Part shown: piece by piece, positions 17,432 through 26,367 of the stretch | How the letters are laid out: each line of letters opens with the position of its first letter | Position numbering within the stretch: the first letter of the stretch is position 1 | Position numbers and translations under genes: made by a program | The notes under the pieces: generated by a model | What the model was told of the DNA's origin: nothing | Seen by the model: only the letters and a program-made list of their open reading frames with translations | The model's database searches: none | NCBI GenBank assembly: GCA_965223155.1 | Contig: CBDCVR010000013.1 | Coordinates: 928,001 to 992,000, forward strand | Origin: Candidatus Multivoradales bacterium | GTDB taxonomy: Bacteria; Acidobacteriota; Thermoanaerobaculia; Multivoradales; JAHEKO01 | Direction of reading: 5' to 3' | Length of the DNA: 64,000 bases

Positions 17432-18688
17432 TCAGACACCCAGGTGCCGGCGCACCTCGCGGTCCCGGCCGACCTTCCAGATCTTGGAATCCAGATAGTA
17501 GTGCTGCATCGCGAAACCCAGAATCAGCGCCGCCAGAACTCTCTGCCCCAGAGCCAGCTTGGCCGGATCCCGGATGCCCGCCATCATGCCGAAGGAGTTG
17601 AACAGGGCCTCGTCCAGGCCCGCGCCGGCGGCTGCTTCGAACCAGCCCACCAGCGGTCCCTTGTAAAGCAAGAACCCGAAGAGAAAGCCGATGGCGGCGT
17701 AGACGGCGAAGTTCCGAAACAGCGCCTTGGCCCACCGAAACTCGCGGCCCCGCTCGGGGTACTTGTTGCGCGCGTAGGAATAGACGATCGCGTGGTACTG
17801 GATGTTGTGGCCGACGGTCACGATCGGCACGACGAACACCGCCAGCAGCGGGTGGCTGAAGACCGCCAGGTGCAACGGAACCAGCGGCAGCATGTAGAGG
17901 AGCTTCGAGCCGTTGAGCGTCGCCCCCGACCACCATAGGCGGGCCTGGTGGACGAGGTAGCCCACCAGAACGGCCAGGAAGGCGGCCCAAAGCAGGGGAT
18001 AGGCGACCGAACCCAAGCTCCAATCTCCCCAGATCGGACTCCGCATGCCCAGGTCGGGGTTGCCCGGTACGCCCGCGTAGAACGGGCTGGTCACGAACAT
18101 CGCCAGCGGCAGGTAGAGGATGGCGTTGAAGAACCAGGTGTCCCAGCGGTCCGGCACCCCCGAGAGCTCGCCGGCCCGCCGCTGGTAGAGACGGAAAAAG
18201 CCCCAGTGCTGTCGCACTACGTGGTGATAGGCCCAGAGTCGGAAGAGGACGAAAAAGACCACCGCTCCGGCACCCAGTCCGGCGGCCGGCAGCGGCCGGC
18301 CGGCGCGCGCGGCCACAACCCCTACCGCGTACGGCGCCAGGATCAGGAGCGGTCCGGCCAGGAAGAAGCCAAAGGAACGCAGGATCTCGGTCCGGCGAAC
18401 CCGCCATTCGTCCGGATCGAACAGGGTCCGGGCCAGGGTGGCCCAGACGTGCGGCGCATCCAGAATCAGCGCCCAGGACACGACCACCAGAAGCTCCAGG
18501 TTGAGCGGAATCGTCCAGGCACCAACCGAAAAAGAGCCGAAGGAGTCCTCGAGCGGACTCTCGAAGCGGGCGGCGGCGAACAGAATCACGGCAACGTACG
18601 TCCAGCCGGCCGCCACCGACCCAATGTAGAAGAGCAGGTCGCGGGCCGGGGACAGAATCCAGACAAACCGGAGACGCTGAGTCGTCAC
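17432..18688 (-). CDS. Multi-pass membrane protein with spaced His motifs, function unknown
   Basis: About 10 TM; DAPHVWAT, WAYHHVVRQHWGF, GHNIQYH, QHYYLDSKIWK; TATCCT box 6 nt before GTG. Confidence 0.85.
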   Translation of the reverse strand: MTTQRLRFVWILSPARDLLFYIGSVAAGWTYVAVILFAAARFESPLEDSFGSFSVGAWTIPLNLELLVVVSWALILDAPHVWATLARTLFDPDEWRVRRTEILRSFGFFLAGPLLILAPYAVGVVAARAGRPLPAAGLGAGAVVFFVLFRLWAYHHVVRQHWGFFRLYQRRAGELSGVPDRWDTWFFNAILYLPLAMFVTSPFYAGVPGNPDLGMRSPIWGDWSLGSVAYPLLWAAFLAVLVGYLVHQARLWWSGATLNGSKLLYMLPLVPLHLAVFSHPLLAVFVVPIVTVGHNIQYHAIVYSYARNKYPERGREFRWAKALFRNFAVYAAIGFLFGFLLYKGPLVGWFEAAAGAGLDEALFNSFGMMAGIRDPAKLALGQRVLAALILGFAMQHYYLDSKIWKVGRDREVRRHLGV

Positions 18689-18840
18689 GCGGCCAGGATA
18701 GCAACCGGCGCGCGGGCACGAAACGCGGTCTCTCGAGCCGACCCGTCCTCGGTCCGAACGCTTTCGGGATACACTCGCCGGTGCCTCAAACTCCAGTCGT
18801 TTGGTCAGCCCGAGAGCACGTCTCGGGGAAAGGAGAAGTG

Positions 18841-19242
18841 ATGAACTGGACCAGGATCGCCATCGCCGGCCTCGTCGGTGGAATCGTCGCCAACATCGCG
18901 GACTTCATCATGCACGGCATGATCATGTCGGACACCTACGTTCGGCTCTCGGACGTGTTCAGTCAGGAACAAGCGAACCCGCTCTGGTTCCTGGTCATCT
19001 CGGTCGTGACGGCCTTCTTCATGGCCAAACTCTTCGCCAAGACCCGCGGCTCCTGGGCGGCCGGATGGAAGGGCGGCGCCGCCTTCGGTTGCGCCATCGG
19101 CCTCATCGCCTTCTGGGCCAGCTTCTACAACCCGCTGGTGATCGACGGCTTCCCCTACTACCTGGCCTGGTGCTGGGGCGCGATGAACCTGATCACGCTC
19201 ACCCTCATGGGAGCGGCGATCGGGGCCGTCTACAAGAGCTAG
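18841..19242 (+). CDS. Small 4-TM hypothetical membrane protein
   Basis: AAGGAG RBS before ATG 18841; four hydrophobic segments; strong GC3 bias. Confidence 0.8.
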   Translation: MNWTRIAIAGLVGGIVANIADFIMHGMIMSDTYVRLSDVFSQEQANPLWFLVISVVTAFFMAKLFAKTRGSWAAGWKGGAAFGCAIGLIAFWASFYNPLVIDGFPYYLAWCWGAMNLITLTLMGAAIGAVYKS

Positions 19243-19259
19243 CCCGCTACCACGGGCGG

Positions 19260-20303
19260 CTAAGCGTCCGAAGCCGTCGCCGGTTTGGCGACCGCGGCTC
19301 GCGCGAAGCGGCGCACGACGTCGCCGGCGGATTCGATGCGCTCGACCCCGGCGACGCTCTTGCCGGCTTGCCAGTAGTCGCGGCTGCCTCCCTTGTCGAG
19401 GGACGCGCGCTTGAGCTGCCATAGCGACTTGAGAGCGTAGATCGTCCGCATCCAGTGCTTGCGTTTGCGGCCGCGTAGCATCCAGCGGGCGAACGGACCC
19501 GCCTTGAGCCCCATGCGCTCGATGTACGGAGTCTTGATCACCGACACCGGCACCCCGGTGATGCGCTCGCTCAAGACGATGTCGTCGGCTTCGGCCGCCA
19601 CGATCGCCTCCTTGTAGGGCCGGGCCGACTTGCACTCCTCGGTGGCGATGAAGCGGGTCCCCATCTGGACCCCGGAGTAGCCGATGGCCAGGGCCTCGAC
19701 GAACCGTTCCTCGCTACCGACGCCGCCGGCGCAGACCAGCGGCACTCCGAAATCGGCCAGCTCCTCGAAGAGTTCCTCCGGCGAGCGGTCGCCGGCGTGG
19801 CCGCCGGCGCGGTTGTTGACCGCGATCAAGCCATCCACGCCTCCCGCCAGGCCCTTCTCCGCCCACTTGCGCTCGGTCACGTCGTGGTAGACAACGGCAC
19901 CGGCCGCATGGGCTTTGTCCACGACCCACTTGGGATTGCCCAGAGAGGTGATGAAGAAGCGCACGCCTTCTTCCAGCGCCTCGTCCACCCAGCGGTGCAT
20001 CGTGTCCAGGTACCGCTTCGAGGACTTCTCGATCAGGGCGTTCATGCCGATCGGGCGGCCGCCCGAGAGCTCCCGCATCAGCCGGATCCCTGCTCGGTAC
20101 TCGTGCCCATGCACGTAGGTCAGCGAGATCGGCTGGTAGACGCCCAGACCGCCGGCCTTCGATACCGCCGCCACGAGCTCGGGATTGGAACACGGATACA
20201 TGGGGCCGCAGATGAGCGGGATCTCCACTCCGGCGTGCCGGGTAAGCGCGGTCTCGAGCGGACCGGAATCGGCCGACGCCGGCTTGACGCTCGTCTCAGG
20301 CAT
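19260..20303 (-). CDS. Nitronate monooxygenase / FabK-like flavoenzyme
   Basis: PLICGPM, LVAAVSKAGGLG, AGGHAG, CAGGVG, GVQMGTRFIATEEC. Confidence 0.9.
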   Translation of the reverse strand: MPETSVKPASADSGPLETALTRHAGVEIPLICGPMYPCSNPELVAAVSKAGGLGVYQPISLTYVHGHEYRAGIRLMRELSGGRPIGMNALIEKSSKRYLDTMHRWVDEALEEGVRFFITSLGNPKWVVDKAHAAGAVVYHDVTERKWAEKGLAGGVDGLIAVNNRAGGHAGDRSPEELFEELADFGVPLVCAGGVGSEERFVEALAIGYSGVQMGTRFIATEECKSARPYKEAIVAAEADDIVLSERITGVPVSVIKTPYIERMGLKAGPFARWMLRGRKRKHWMRTIYALKSLWQLKRASLDKGGSRDYWQAGKSVAGVERIESAGDVVRRFARAAVAKPATASDA

Positions 20304-20805
20304 CCCGGCCCTCGGGGGCACCGTTCGCCGGCGGGCTCAGGAGCCAGGTCGCGCGCACCCGCGCCACCTCGTCGCCCGACCCGTCCCGGATCACCGCCTC
20401 TACCTGATGCTCGCGCGGCTCGGTCACCCGGCCCACGTCGCTCGAGCACTCTGCTGTCAAGAGGCCGCGAGCCTTCTTGGTGTACGTCGTCGAAAGCTCG
20501 GTGACGATGCCCCGGACGCCTTTGGGCAGCGCGGTCAGGGTCGCCAGCCCGCTTGTCACTTCCCCGAAATTGGCGAGCGCCACCGCGTGTACCGAACGCA
20601 GGTGGTTGCGGATCTTGCCCCGGTCGCGCAGCTCGGCCCGCACGAAGCCGGGCTCGAGCTCGACGATGCGCGCGCCAATGGTTCCGGTGTAGGGAGCGGT
20701 CCGGCCAACCAAGTAGCTGAACCAGCGCTTGCCCCCGGGCAAACCGTTGAGGCGCCGCCAAAGACCCAGGAGACGCCCGCCTGGAGATGCGTTGTCGTCC
20801 GACAT
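20296..20805 (-). CDS. Hotdog-fold (PaaI/DUF4442-like) thioesterase
   Basis: APYTGTIG, RNHLRSVHAVALANFGE, YTKKARG; TACGAT box 6 nt before ATG 20805. Confidence 0.85.
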   Translation of the reverse strand: MSDDNASPGGRLLGLWRRLNGLPGGKRWFSYLVGRTAPYTGTIGARIVELEPGFVRAELRDRGKIRNHLRSVHAVALANFGEVTSGLATLTALPKGVRGIVTELSTTYTKKARGLLTAECSSDVGRVTEPREHQVEAVIRDGSGDEVARVRATWLLSPPANGAPEGRDA

Positions 20806-20966
20806 CGGCGCATCGTACGCCAACGTCCGAGTTTCCCGAAGCGTCGCAGTCGGACCGCGCCCGGCCCATCTGGCCCATTCGGCCATGGGTCGGTCTCGAA
20901 CTTGCGCTATCCTGGCACCGACGAGCGAGCGAGAACGGGTCGCCGGTGACCGGCAAGGAGGCGTCC

Positions 20967-22502
20967 ATGAGACCCCTAGGAGATTCGACCCCGAGCTTTG
21001 CAGGAGGGCTTCGCCTTGCCGCCGGAGCCGATTGGCCGCGGCGGATGGCCGCCGCAAGACCGCTGCCCAAGCGGCTGGTGCGGCGGCGGCGTGAGTCGAT
21101 CCGGCGAGCGGCGCGGGCGGTTCAAAAGGCCGTCAAGCCGGCGTCCAACCGGGCCACACCCGAACAGAAGCTGGTGCAACGAGCGACCATGGGCATGACT
21201 CCGGTCGAGATGGCCGAAGTAGCCGAGCTCGGGTACAAGGGTTTCCTGGAGCGGCAGCTCCGTCCCGACGCGATCGACGACGGCGGATTCGAGGACGCAC
21301 TCAACAGCGAGTTCCGGAGTCTCGAGATGACTCCGTTCGAGCTCAACCAGAGCTATGGCGACGATCCCGTTCAGCCGATCATCGAGCTCATCGTCGCCAC
21401 CGTCCTGCGGCTGGCGTACAGCCCGCGTCAGCTCTTCGAACGAACGGTAATGTTCTGGTCGGACCATTTTTCGATCGACGTCCTGGCCGGGCATGGGTAC
21501 GTGTTGAAGCCCGCGGATCACCGGGAGGTCGCCCGCGCCCACGCCTTCGGCAAGTTTCGCGACTTGGTGTCGGCCAGCGCCCACAGTCCCAACATGCTGG
21601 AATACTTGACCAACGACACCAACGTCCGCGGCCACCCGAACGAGAACTACGCCCGTGAGCTGATGGAGCTGCACACCATGGGCGTGAACGGCGGCTATTC
21701 CCAAGAGGACGTTCGCGAAGTGGCGCGCTGCTTCACCGGCTGGACTCTGTACAACGTCTACGACGAGAACCGCAACATGGGCAAGTTCCGGTTCGACCCC
21801 TTCCAGCACGACGAGAAGCGCAAGCGCGTCCTGGGCCGGGCCATCCCCGGCGGGCAGGGCGAGGAGGACGGCGAGGAGGTCCTTGATCTCCTGGTCGCCC
21901 ACCGCAGCACGGCCCGCTTCCTCGCCACCAAGCTGCTGCGCTTCTTTCACGGCTACGAGCCGCGCCGCCAGCACGTCAACCGGGTGGCCGCCAAGTTCAC
22001 CCGCACCCGCGGCAACCTGCGCGCCACCTTGCGGACGGTTCTGTCGAAGAAGCTCATGCGCAAAGCGACCCCCAAGATCAAGCGTCCGCAACATCTCGCG
22101 GTCTCGGCCCTGCGCGGTCTCGGAGCCGAGGTGGTGAGTCCGCGCTTCTTGTTCGAGCAGCTCGAGCTGGCGGGGCACTTGCCCTACGCCTGGACGCCGC
22201 CGGACGGGTATCCGGACAGCGCCGAGTACTGGTCCGGCTACGTTCTACCGCGCTGGAACTTCGCCTCCAGCCTTCCCTTCCCGGACACCTCGGATGTGCG
22301 ACTGGCGGCGGAGTTTCAAGATACTTCGAAGAGTCCGCGGCAGCTCGTCAAGCTACTGGACGAGCGCCTGATGGGCGGGGGCATGTCGAAGCAAACCCGG
22401 ATCGGACTCGAGGAGTTCCTGAGTGCCGGACCGCTGACGACGAAGCGGCTGCGCGAAGCCGTCGGCATCGCGGTGGCCTCCCCCGAGTTTCAGGTCTACT
22501 GA
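20967..22502 (+). CDS. DUF1800-family protein
   Basis: QLFERTVMFWSDHF, PNENYARELMELHTMG, YSQEDVREVARCFTGW, PPDGYP, ASPEFQ; AAGGAG RBS before ATG 20967. Confidence 0.92.
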   Translation: MRPLGDSTPSFAGGLRLAAGADWPRRMAAARPLPKRLVRRRRESIRRAARAVQKAVKPASNRATPEQKLVQRATMGMTPVEMAEVAELGYKGFLERQLRPDAIDDGGFEDALNSEFRSLEMTPFELNQSYGDDPVQPIIELIVATVLRLAYSPRQLFERTVMFWSDHFSIDVLAGHGYVLKPADHREVARAHAFGKFRDLVSASAHSPNMLEYLTNDTNVRGHPNENYARELMELHTMGVNGGYSQEDVREVARCFTGWTLYNVYDENRNMGKFRFDPFQHDEKRKRVLGRAIPGGQGEEDGEEVLDLLVAHRSTARFLATKLLRFFHGYEPRRQHVNRVAAKFTRTRGNLRATLRTVLSKKLMRKATPKIKRPQHLAVSALRGLGAEVVSPRFLFEQLELAGHLPYAWTPPDGYPDSAEYWSGYVLPRWNFASSLPFPDTSDVRLAAEFQDTSKSPRQLVKLLDERLMGGGMSKQTRIGLEEFLSAGPLTTKRLREAVGIAVASPEFQVY

Positions 22503-22526
22503 CGAACGGCACCCTGGAGGACCGCC

Positions 22527-23819
22527 ATGACCGATACCAAATGCAAGGGTTGCGAGGAATACACCCGTCTCTCCCGGCGTCGCTTTGTCGGCTTGTCGGC
22601 CGGTGTCGTGGCCGCGGCCGCGACACCGTCCTGGCTGCCTCGAGTCGCCTACGCCCAAAGCGAGAACTCGGCGCGCGACGTGATGGTGATGATCTTCCTG
22701 CGCGGCGGCGTGGATTCCCTCTCCATGGTGGTGCCGCACACCGAGAACGCCTACTACGACCTGCGTCCGACCCTGGCGGTACCGCGTCCGGACTCGTCGG
22801 CCAACCGGCGCGCGGTGGATCTGGACGGGACCTTCGGCTTCTCCGAGCCCATGACGCCGCTCCGGTCGGCCTTCAACAGCGGCGAGCTCTTGATCGTTCA
22901 CGCTTGCGGCCTGCCCGGTTCGAACCGGTCGCACTTCGACGCCATGCACTTCATGGAGGTGGGCGAAGCCTCTCCGCCACCGTCCCGGTTCACCGGCTGG
23001 CTGGGGCGGCACCTGATGACCACGGCACCGAGCCTCAAGAACGGCGTGCTGCGCGCCGTCGGCATCGGCTACGGGCTCCAGCGCACCCTGGTGGGCGCGC
23101 CCAAGGCGCTACCCATCTTCGATCTCGCCGAGTTCGGCTTCACCGGTGGCGGCGCGACCAAGAAAGAGCGCATCGCGGTCCTGGAAGAGATCTATGCCTA
23201 CGCTTCCGAGCCGCTGGCGACCTCAGCCGGCGACACCTTTCGCACCGTCGACACCTTGAAGCGCATCCGCTTCGAGAGCTACAAGCCCAAGGGCGGCGCC
23301 CGCTACCCCGACAGCTCGTTCGGGTACGCCCTACGGTCGACCGCTGCCCTGATCAAGGCGAACATCGGGGTCGAGGCGGTGGCCATCGATCTCGACGGCT
23401 GGGACACCCACGACACCCAAGGCAACCTCAACGGCTGGATGATGTATCTGATGCAGGACCTGGCCGAAGGGCTCGCCGCCTTCCGCAAGGACATCAAGGC
23501 GTCGAACCGCAAGGATGTCGTCACCGTCGCCGTCTCCGAGTTCGGCCGTAACGTCTTCGAGAACGGCAGCCGCGGCACCGACCACGGCTACGGCGGGCTG
23601 ATGCTTGCCATGGGCGACTCGATCAACGGTGGTCAGGTACTGACCAAGTGGCCGGGACTCAACAAGAACCAGCTCTACGAAGACCAGGATCTCAAGATCA
23701 CGATCGACTACCGGGACATCCTGGCCGAGATCCTGTCCCGGCGCATGGGCAACTCGAACGTGCGCGCCGTCTTCAACGATTCGAGCTTCACGCCGCAGAC
23801 CCACGGCGCAGTCCTCTAG
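22527..23819 (+). CDS. DUF1501-family protein with Tat signal
   Basis: SRRRFVG, FLRGGVDSLS, RSHFDAM, GWDTH, SEFGR, GTDHG, DYRDI; GGAGG RBS. Confidence 0.92.
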   Translation: MTDTKCKGCEEYTRLSRRRFVGLSAGVVAAAATPSWLPRVAYAQSENSARDVMVMIFLRGGVDSLSMVVPHTENAYYDLRPTLAVPRPDSSANRRAVDLDGTFGFSEPMTPLRSAFNSGELLIVHACGLPGSNRSHFDAMHFMEVGEASPPPSRFTGWLGRHLMTTAPSLKNGVLRAVGIGYGLQRTLVGAPKALPIFDLAEFGFTGGGATKKERIAVLEEIYAYASEPLATSAGDTFRTVDTLKRIRFESYKPKGGARYPDSSFGYALRSTAALIKANIGVEAVAIDLDGWDTHDTQGNLNGWMMYLMQDLAEGLAAFRKDIKASNRKDVVTVAVSEFGRNVFENGSRGTDHGYGGLMLAMGDSINGGQVLTKWPGLNKNQLYEDQDLKITIDYRDILAEILSRRMGNSNVRAVFNDSSFTPQTHGAVL

Positions 23820-23837
23820 GGACTCGGCCGCGGCCGA

Positions 23838-24248
23838 CTAGTTCGCCGGCAGCGTCGAGATCGAAATCAAGAAGCCGTCGGGGTCCTGGATCGCGAAATC
23901 CCGCGCCCCCCAGGGTTGATTCGTCGGCTCGGCGGCGAGCTCGCCACCGGCGGCTTTGATCCTCTCGGCAAGTTCGTCCACGTCCTGCCCGGTGGTGCAG
24001 TAGAGGCGCATGCCGACACCCTTGACGCGGTCGCGACCCTTCTTGAAATCGTCCTGGCCGAGGAGGATGTCGACCGCTCCGGCGCGCAGGCTCGCGCCTA
24101 CGACCTGGCCATCCATCTCGTGCTCCTCGACCACGATGAAGCCCAGCACGTCCCGGTACCAGGCCACGCTCTTGGCCAAATCGTTGACCGTCATCGCGGG
24201 CATCGCTTGTTTCAAACGTAGAGTCTCGGGCTGCTCTCGCTCTTGCAT
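23838..24248 (-). CDS. VOC / glyoxalase-bleomycin-resistance family protein
   Basis: VNDLAKSVAWYRDVLGF, QPWGARDFAIQDPDG; AAGGAG RBS before ATG 24248. Confidence 0.9.
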   Translation of the reverse strand: MQEREQPETLRLKQAMPAMTVNDLAKSVAWYRDVLGFIVVEEHEMDGQVVGASLRAGAVDILLGQDDFKKGRDRVKGVGMRLYCTTGQDVDELAERIKAAGGELAAEPTNQPWGARDFAIQDPDGFLISISTLPAN

Positions 24249-24376
24249 GCTGTGTCTCCTTGGCGTGGCGCCGGGCGGCCAGACGTCGCGATCGCCGCCC
24301 GCGTCGGCCAACAATACACCGGTTTGACAGGCCCACGACCCAAGCTTAGGCTCGCCGCAAGAACGGAGGGACCCCG

Positions 24377-25081
24377 ATGAACCACTTGACTCGAACCGGC
24401 GCCACCGGGATCGCGGCGCTGTTGCTCACTGTGATCGCCTGTACGCCGCGCTCCACCCACCAAGCCGTGGTCGCTCAACTCGAGACCTGCGCCACGGATC
24501 TGGATTCGGCGCGGATCGAGGCCACCGAGTGGAAGAACCGGTTCGATACCTGGGAGAGCCAGCTCAGCCAGCGTCTCGCCGCCCAGGAAACGGCCACCGC
24601 CACCAGCATGGACACCATCCAGATGAAGTTCCAGGAGCTGCGGGCAGCCGTTCCTCAAACCATCCAGACCGAGATCGGAGGCCACATCAACGAGCTCGAG
24701 CGCCTCCTGGTCACCGGAATCAGCGACCTGACCGAGGGCAACCAAGCACTCCAGGGCCAGCTCGACGAGACCCGGACGCTCTTGGAAGACGCCCGGCGGG
24801 ACGTGCGCGAGGGCAACGAGATGGCCCGCGCCGGAATCGAAGAACGCCGTCAGCTGCGCAGCCAGATCTCGGATCTGACCGGCGAGTACGCCGCGCTGGT
24901 CGAGCGCATCCACGAGTTCGACCGTACCCGGCTCCAGTGCAAGAAGTGCCCGGAGTACCTGGACTTGAGAAGCAAGAAGGCGGCCGACATCGCCGGTTTC
25001 CACGACGACGTCGTGGAGACCCTTTACAAGCTCCAGGCCGAGTTGGTGGGCCGGGAGCCCACCGAGGAAGCCGGCAGGTAG
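24377..25081 (+). CDS. Hypothetical coiled-coil lipoprotein with CxxC
   Basis: GGAGG RBS; lipobox VIAC; heptad-like helices; LQCKKCPEYL. Confidence 0.75.
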   Translation: MNHLTRTGATGIAALLLTVIACTPRSTHQAVVAQLETCATDLDSARIEATEWKNRFDTWESQLSQRLAAQETATATSMDTIQMKFQELRAAVPQTIQTEIGGHINELERLLVTGISDLTEGNQALQGQLDETRTLLEDARRDVREGNEMARAGIEERRQLRSQISDLTGEYAALVERIHEFDRTRLQCKKCPEYLDLRSKKAADIAGFHDDVVETLYKLQAELVGREPTEEAGR

Positions 25082-25108
25082 TCGGCAGCGCCCGCATCCA
25101 CGCGATTC

Positions 25109-26278
25109 TTGGACCCGATCACCCATACTCTCGCCGGCGCCGCGCTACGGCAGGCGGGCGTGGGCAGGGATGCCCGCATGGGCGCGGCCGCCGTTCTGAT
25201 CGGCGCCAATCTTCCCGACGTCGACATCGTCGGACTTCTCGGAGGGCCGAGCTTCGCCCTGGACTTCCGCCGCAGTTTGACCCACGGCATCCTGGCGATG
25301 GTCCTGCTGCCTGGACTCCTGGTCGGCGCGCTCGTCCTCTGGGACCGGTGGGACCGGTCTCGCGCCGAGCGCAGGGCCGCGAGCCCGCCAGCGCGGGCGA
25401 GCGCCCTCATCCTGCCCAGTTTCCTGGCGGTCTGGTCCCATCCACTCCTCGACTGGCTCAACACCTCCGGAGTCCGGCTGCTGGCTCCCTTTTCGGACCG
25501 ATGGTTCTACGGCGACGCGCTCTTCATCATCGACGCCTGGGTCTGGCTAGGCCTGGGAGCCGTAGTCGCCCTCGCATGGCCGACCAGCCGGCGCGCCCGC
25601 GTTGCCGGCTTGCTGCTCGCCGCGGCAATGGCCCTGGTCGTCCTCGCGCCACCGATTCCGTCCGAGACCGTCGCCCGAGCCTCCGGCCTGCGCCTCCTCT
25701 GGGCGCTGGTCTTGGCCGCACTCGCCGCGTGGCTCGGACTTCGATCGCGGCGAGCCGAGCTCCCCGGTCCGGGCCGGTTTTCCGCGCGGCTCGTTCTCAT
25801 CGGCTTCGCGGTCTACGTCGCGTTCGCCATCGTCGCGTCCAAGCTGGCCGTGGGAGCGGCGCAACAATCGCTGGCCGCCAACGGAGAAACGCCAGCCGGA
25901 GACGTGATGGCCTCGCCGGTACCTCTCGATCCCAGCCTGCGCCGGGTCCTGGCGACCACCGAAAACGGGTATCGAGTCGGCCTCTGGCGAATGCGCCTCC
26001 AACCGGATCGGACGCGGACCGCAATCTCCTGGCAGCCGGAGCTCGTCCCCTTCCCGGCCGACGAACCCGCAGTCCGCCGAGCTCGCACCTCGGAGGGCTC
26101 GCGGGGTTGGTCGCGGTGGGTCCGCTTTCCAGTGGCGCGCCGCCAGGTCCTCGAGGGCCGGGAGATGATCCACCTCGGGGACTTGCGCTACCTCGACTTC
26201 GTCGGACTCCGGGAGATGGAGCGGAGCTACGGCTCGGTTCTGGTTCCGGCCGAGCCGGTCAAGCCGGCCGATCCCTAA
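25109..26278 (+). CDS. YdjM-like membrane-bound metal-dependent hydrolase
   Basis: MDPITHTLAG, NLPDVD, RRSLTHG, SHPLLDWLNTSG, IIDAWVW. Confidence 0.88.
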   Translation: MDPITHTLAGAALRQAGVGRDARMGAAAVLIGANLPDVDIVGLLGGPSFALDFRRSLTHGILAMVLLPGLLVGALVLWDRWDRSRAERRAASPPARASALILPSFLAVWSHPLLDWLNTSGVRLLAPFSDRWFYGDALFIIDAWVWLGLGAVVALAWPTSRRARVAGLLLAAAMALVVLAPPIPSETVARASGLRLLWALVLAALAAWLGLRSRRAELPGPGRFSARLVLIGFAVYVAFAIVASKLAVGAAQQSLAANGETPAGDVMASPVPLDPSLRRVLATTENGYRVGLWRMRLQPDRTRTAISWQPELVPFPADEPAVRRARTSEGSRGWSRWVRFPVARRQVLEGREMIHLGDLRYLDFVGLREMERSYGSVLVPAEPVKPADP

Positions 26279-26315
26279 CGGACTCTTACCGCAGCCGGTC
26301 CGGCGAAACGGCTCC

Positions 26316-26345
26316 AAAAAAAGAGGGGGCCCAAGGCCCCCTCTT
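26316..26345 (-). terminator. Rho-independent terminator of the S8 protease gene
   Basis: Perfect 11-bp stem aagagggggcc-caa-ggccccctctt followed by a U-run on the minus strand (A7 at 26316-26322), 22 nt after the TAA. Confidence 0.88.
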
Positions 26346-26367
26346 GGTGCGAATCGAGGAACCGACT

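Noticed and set aside
23824-23837. 14-bp palindrome between the convergent DUF1501 and VOC genes
   Set aside because: Almost all GC, no loop or U-tract; expected by chance at this GC content
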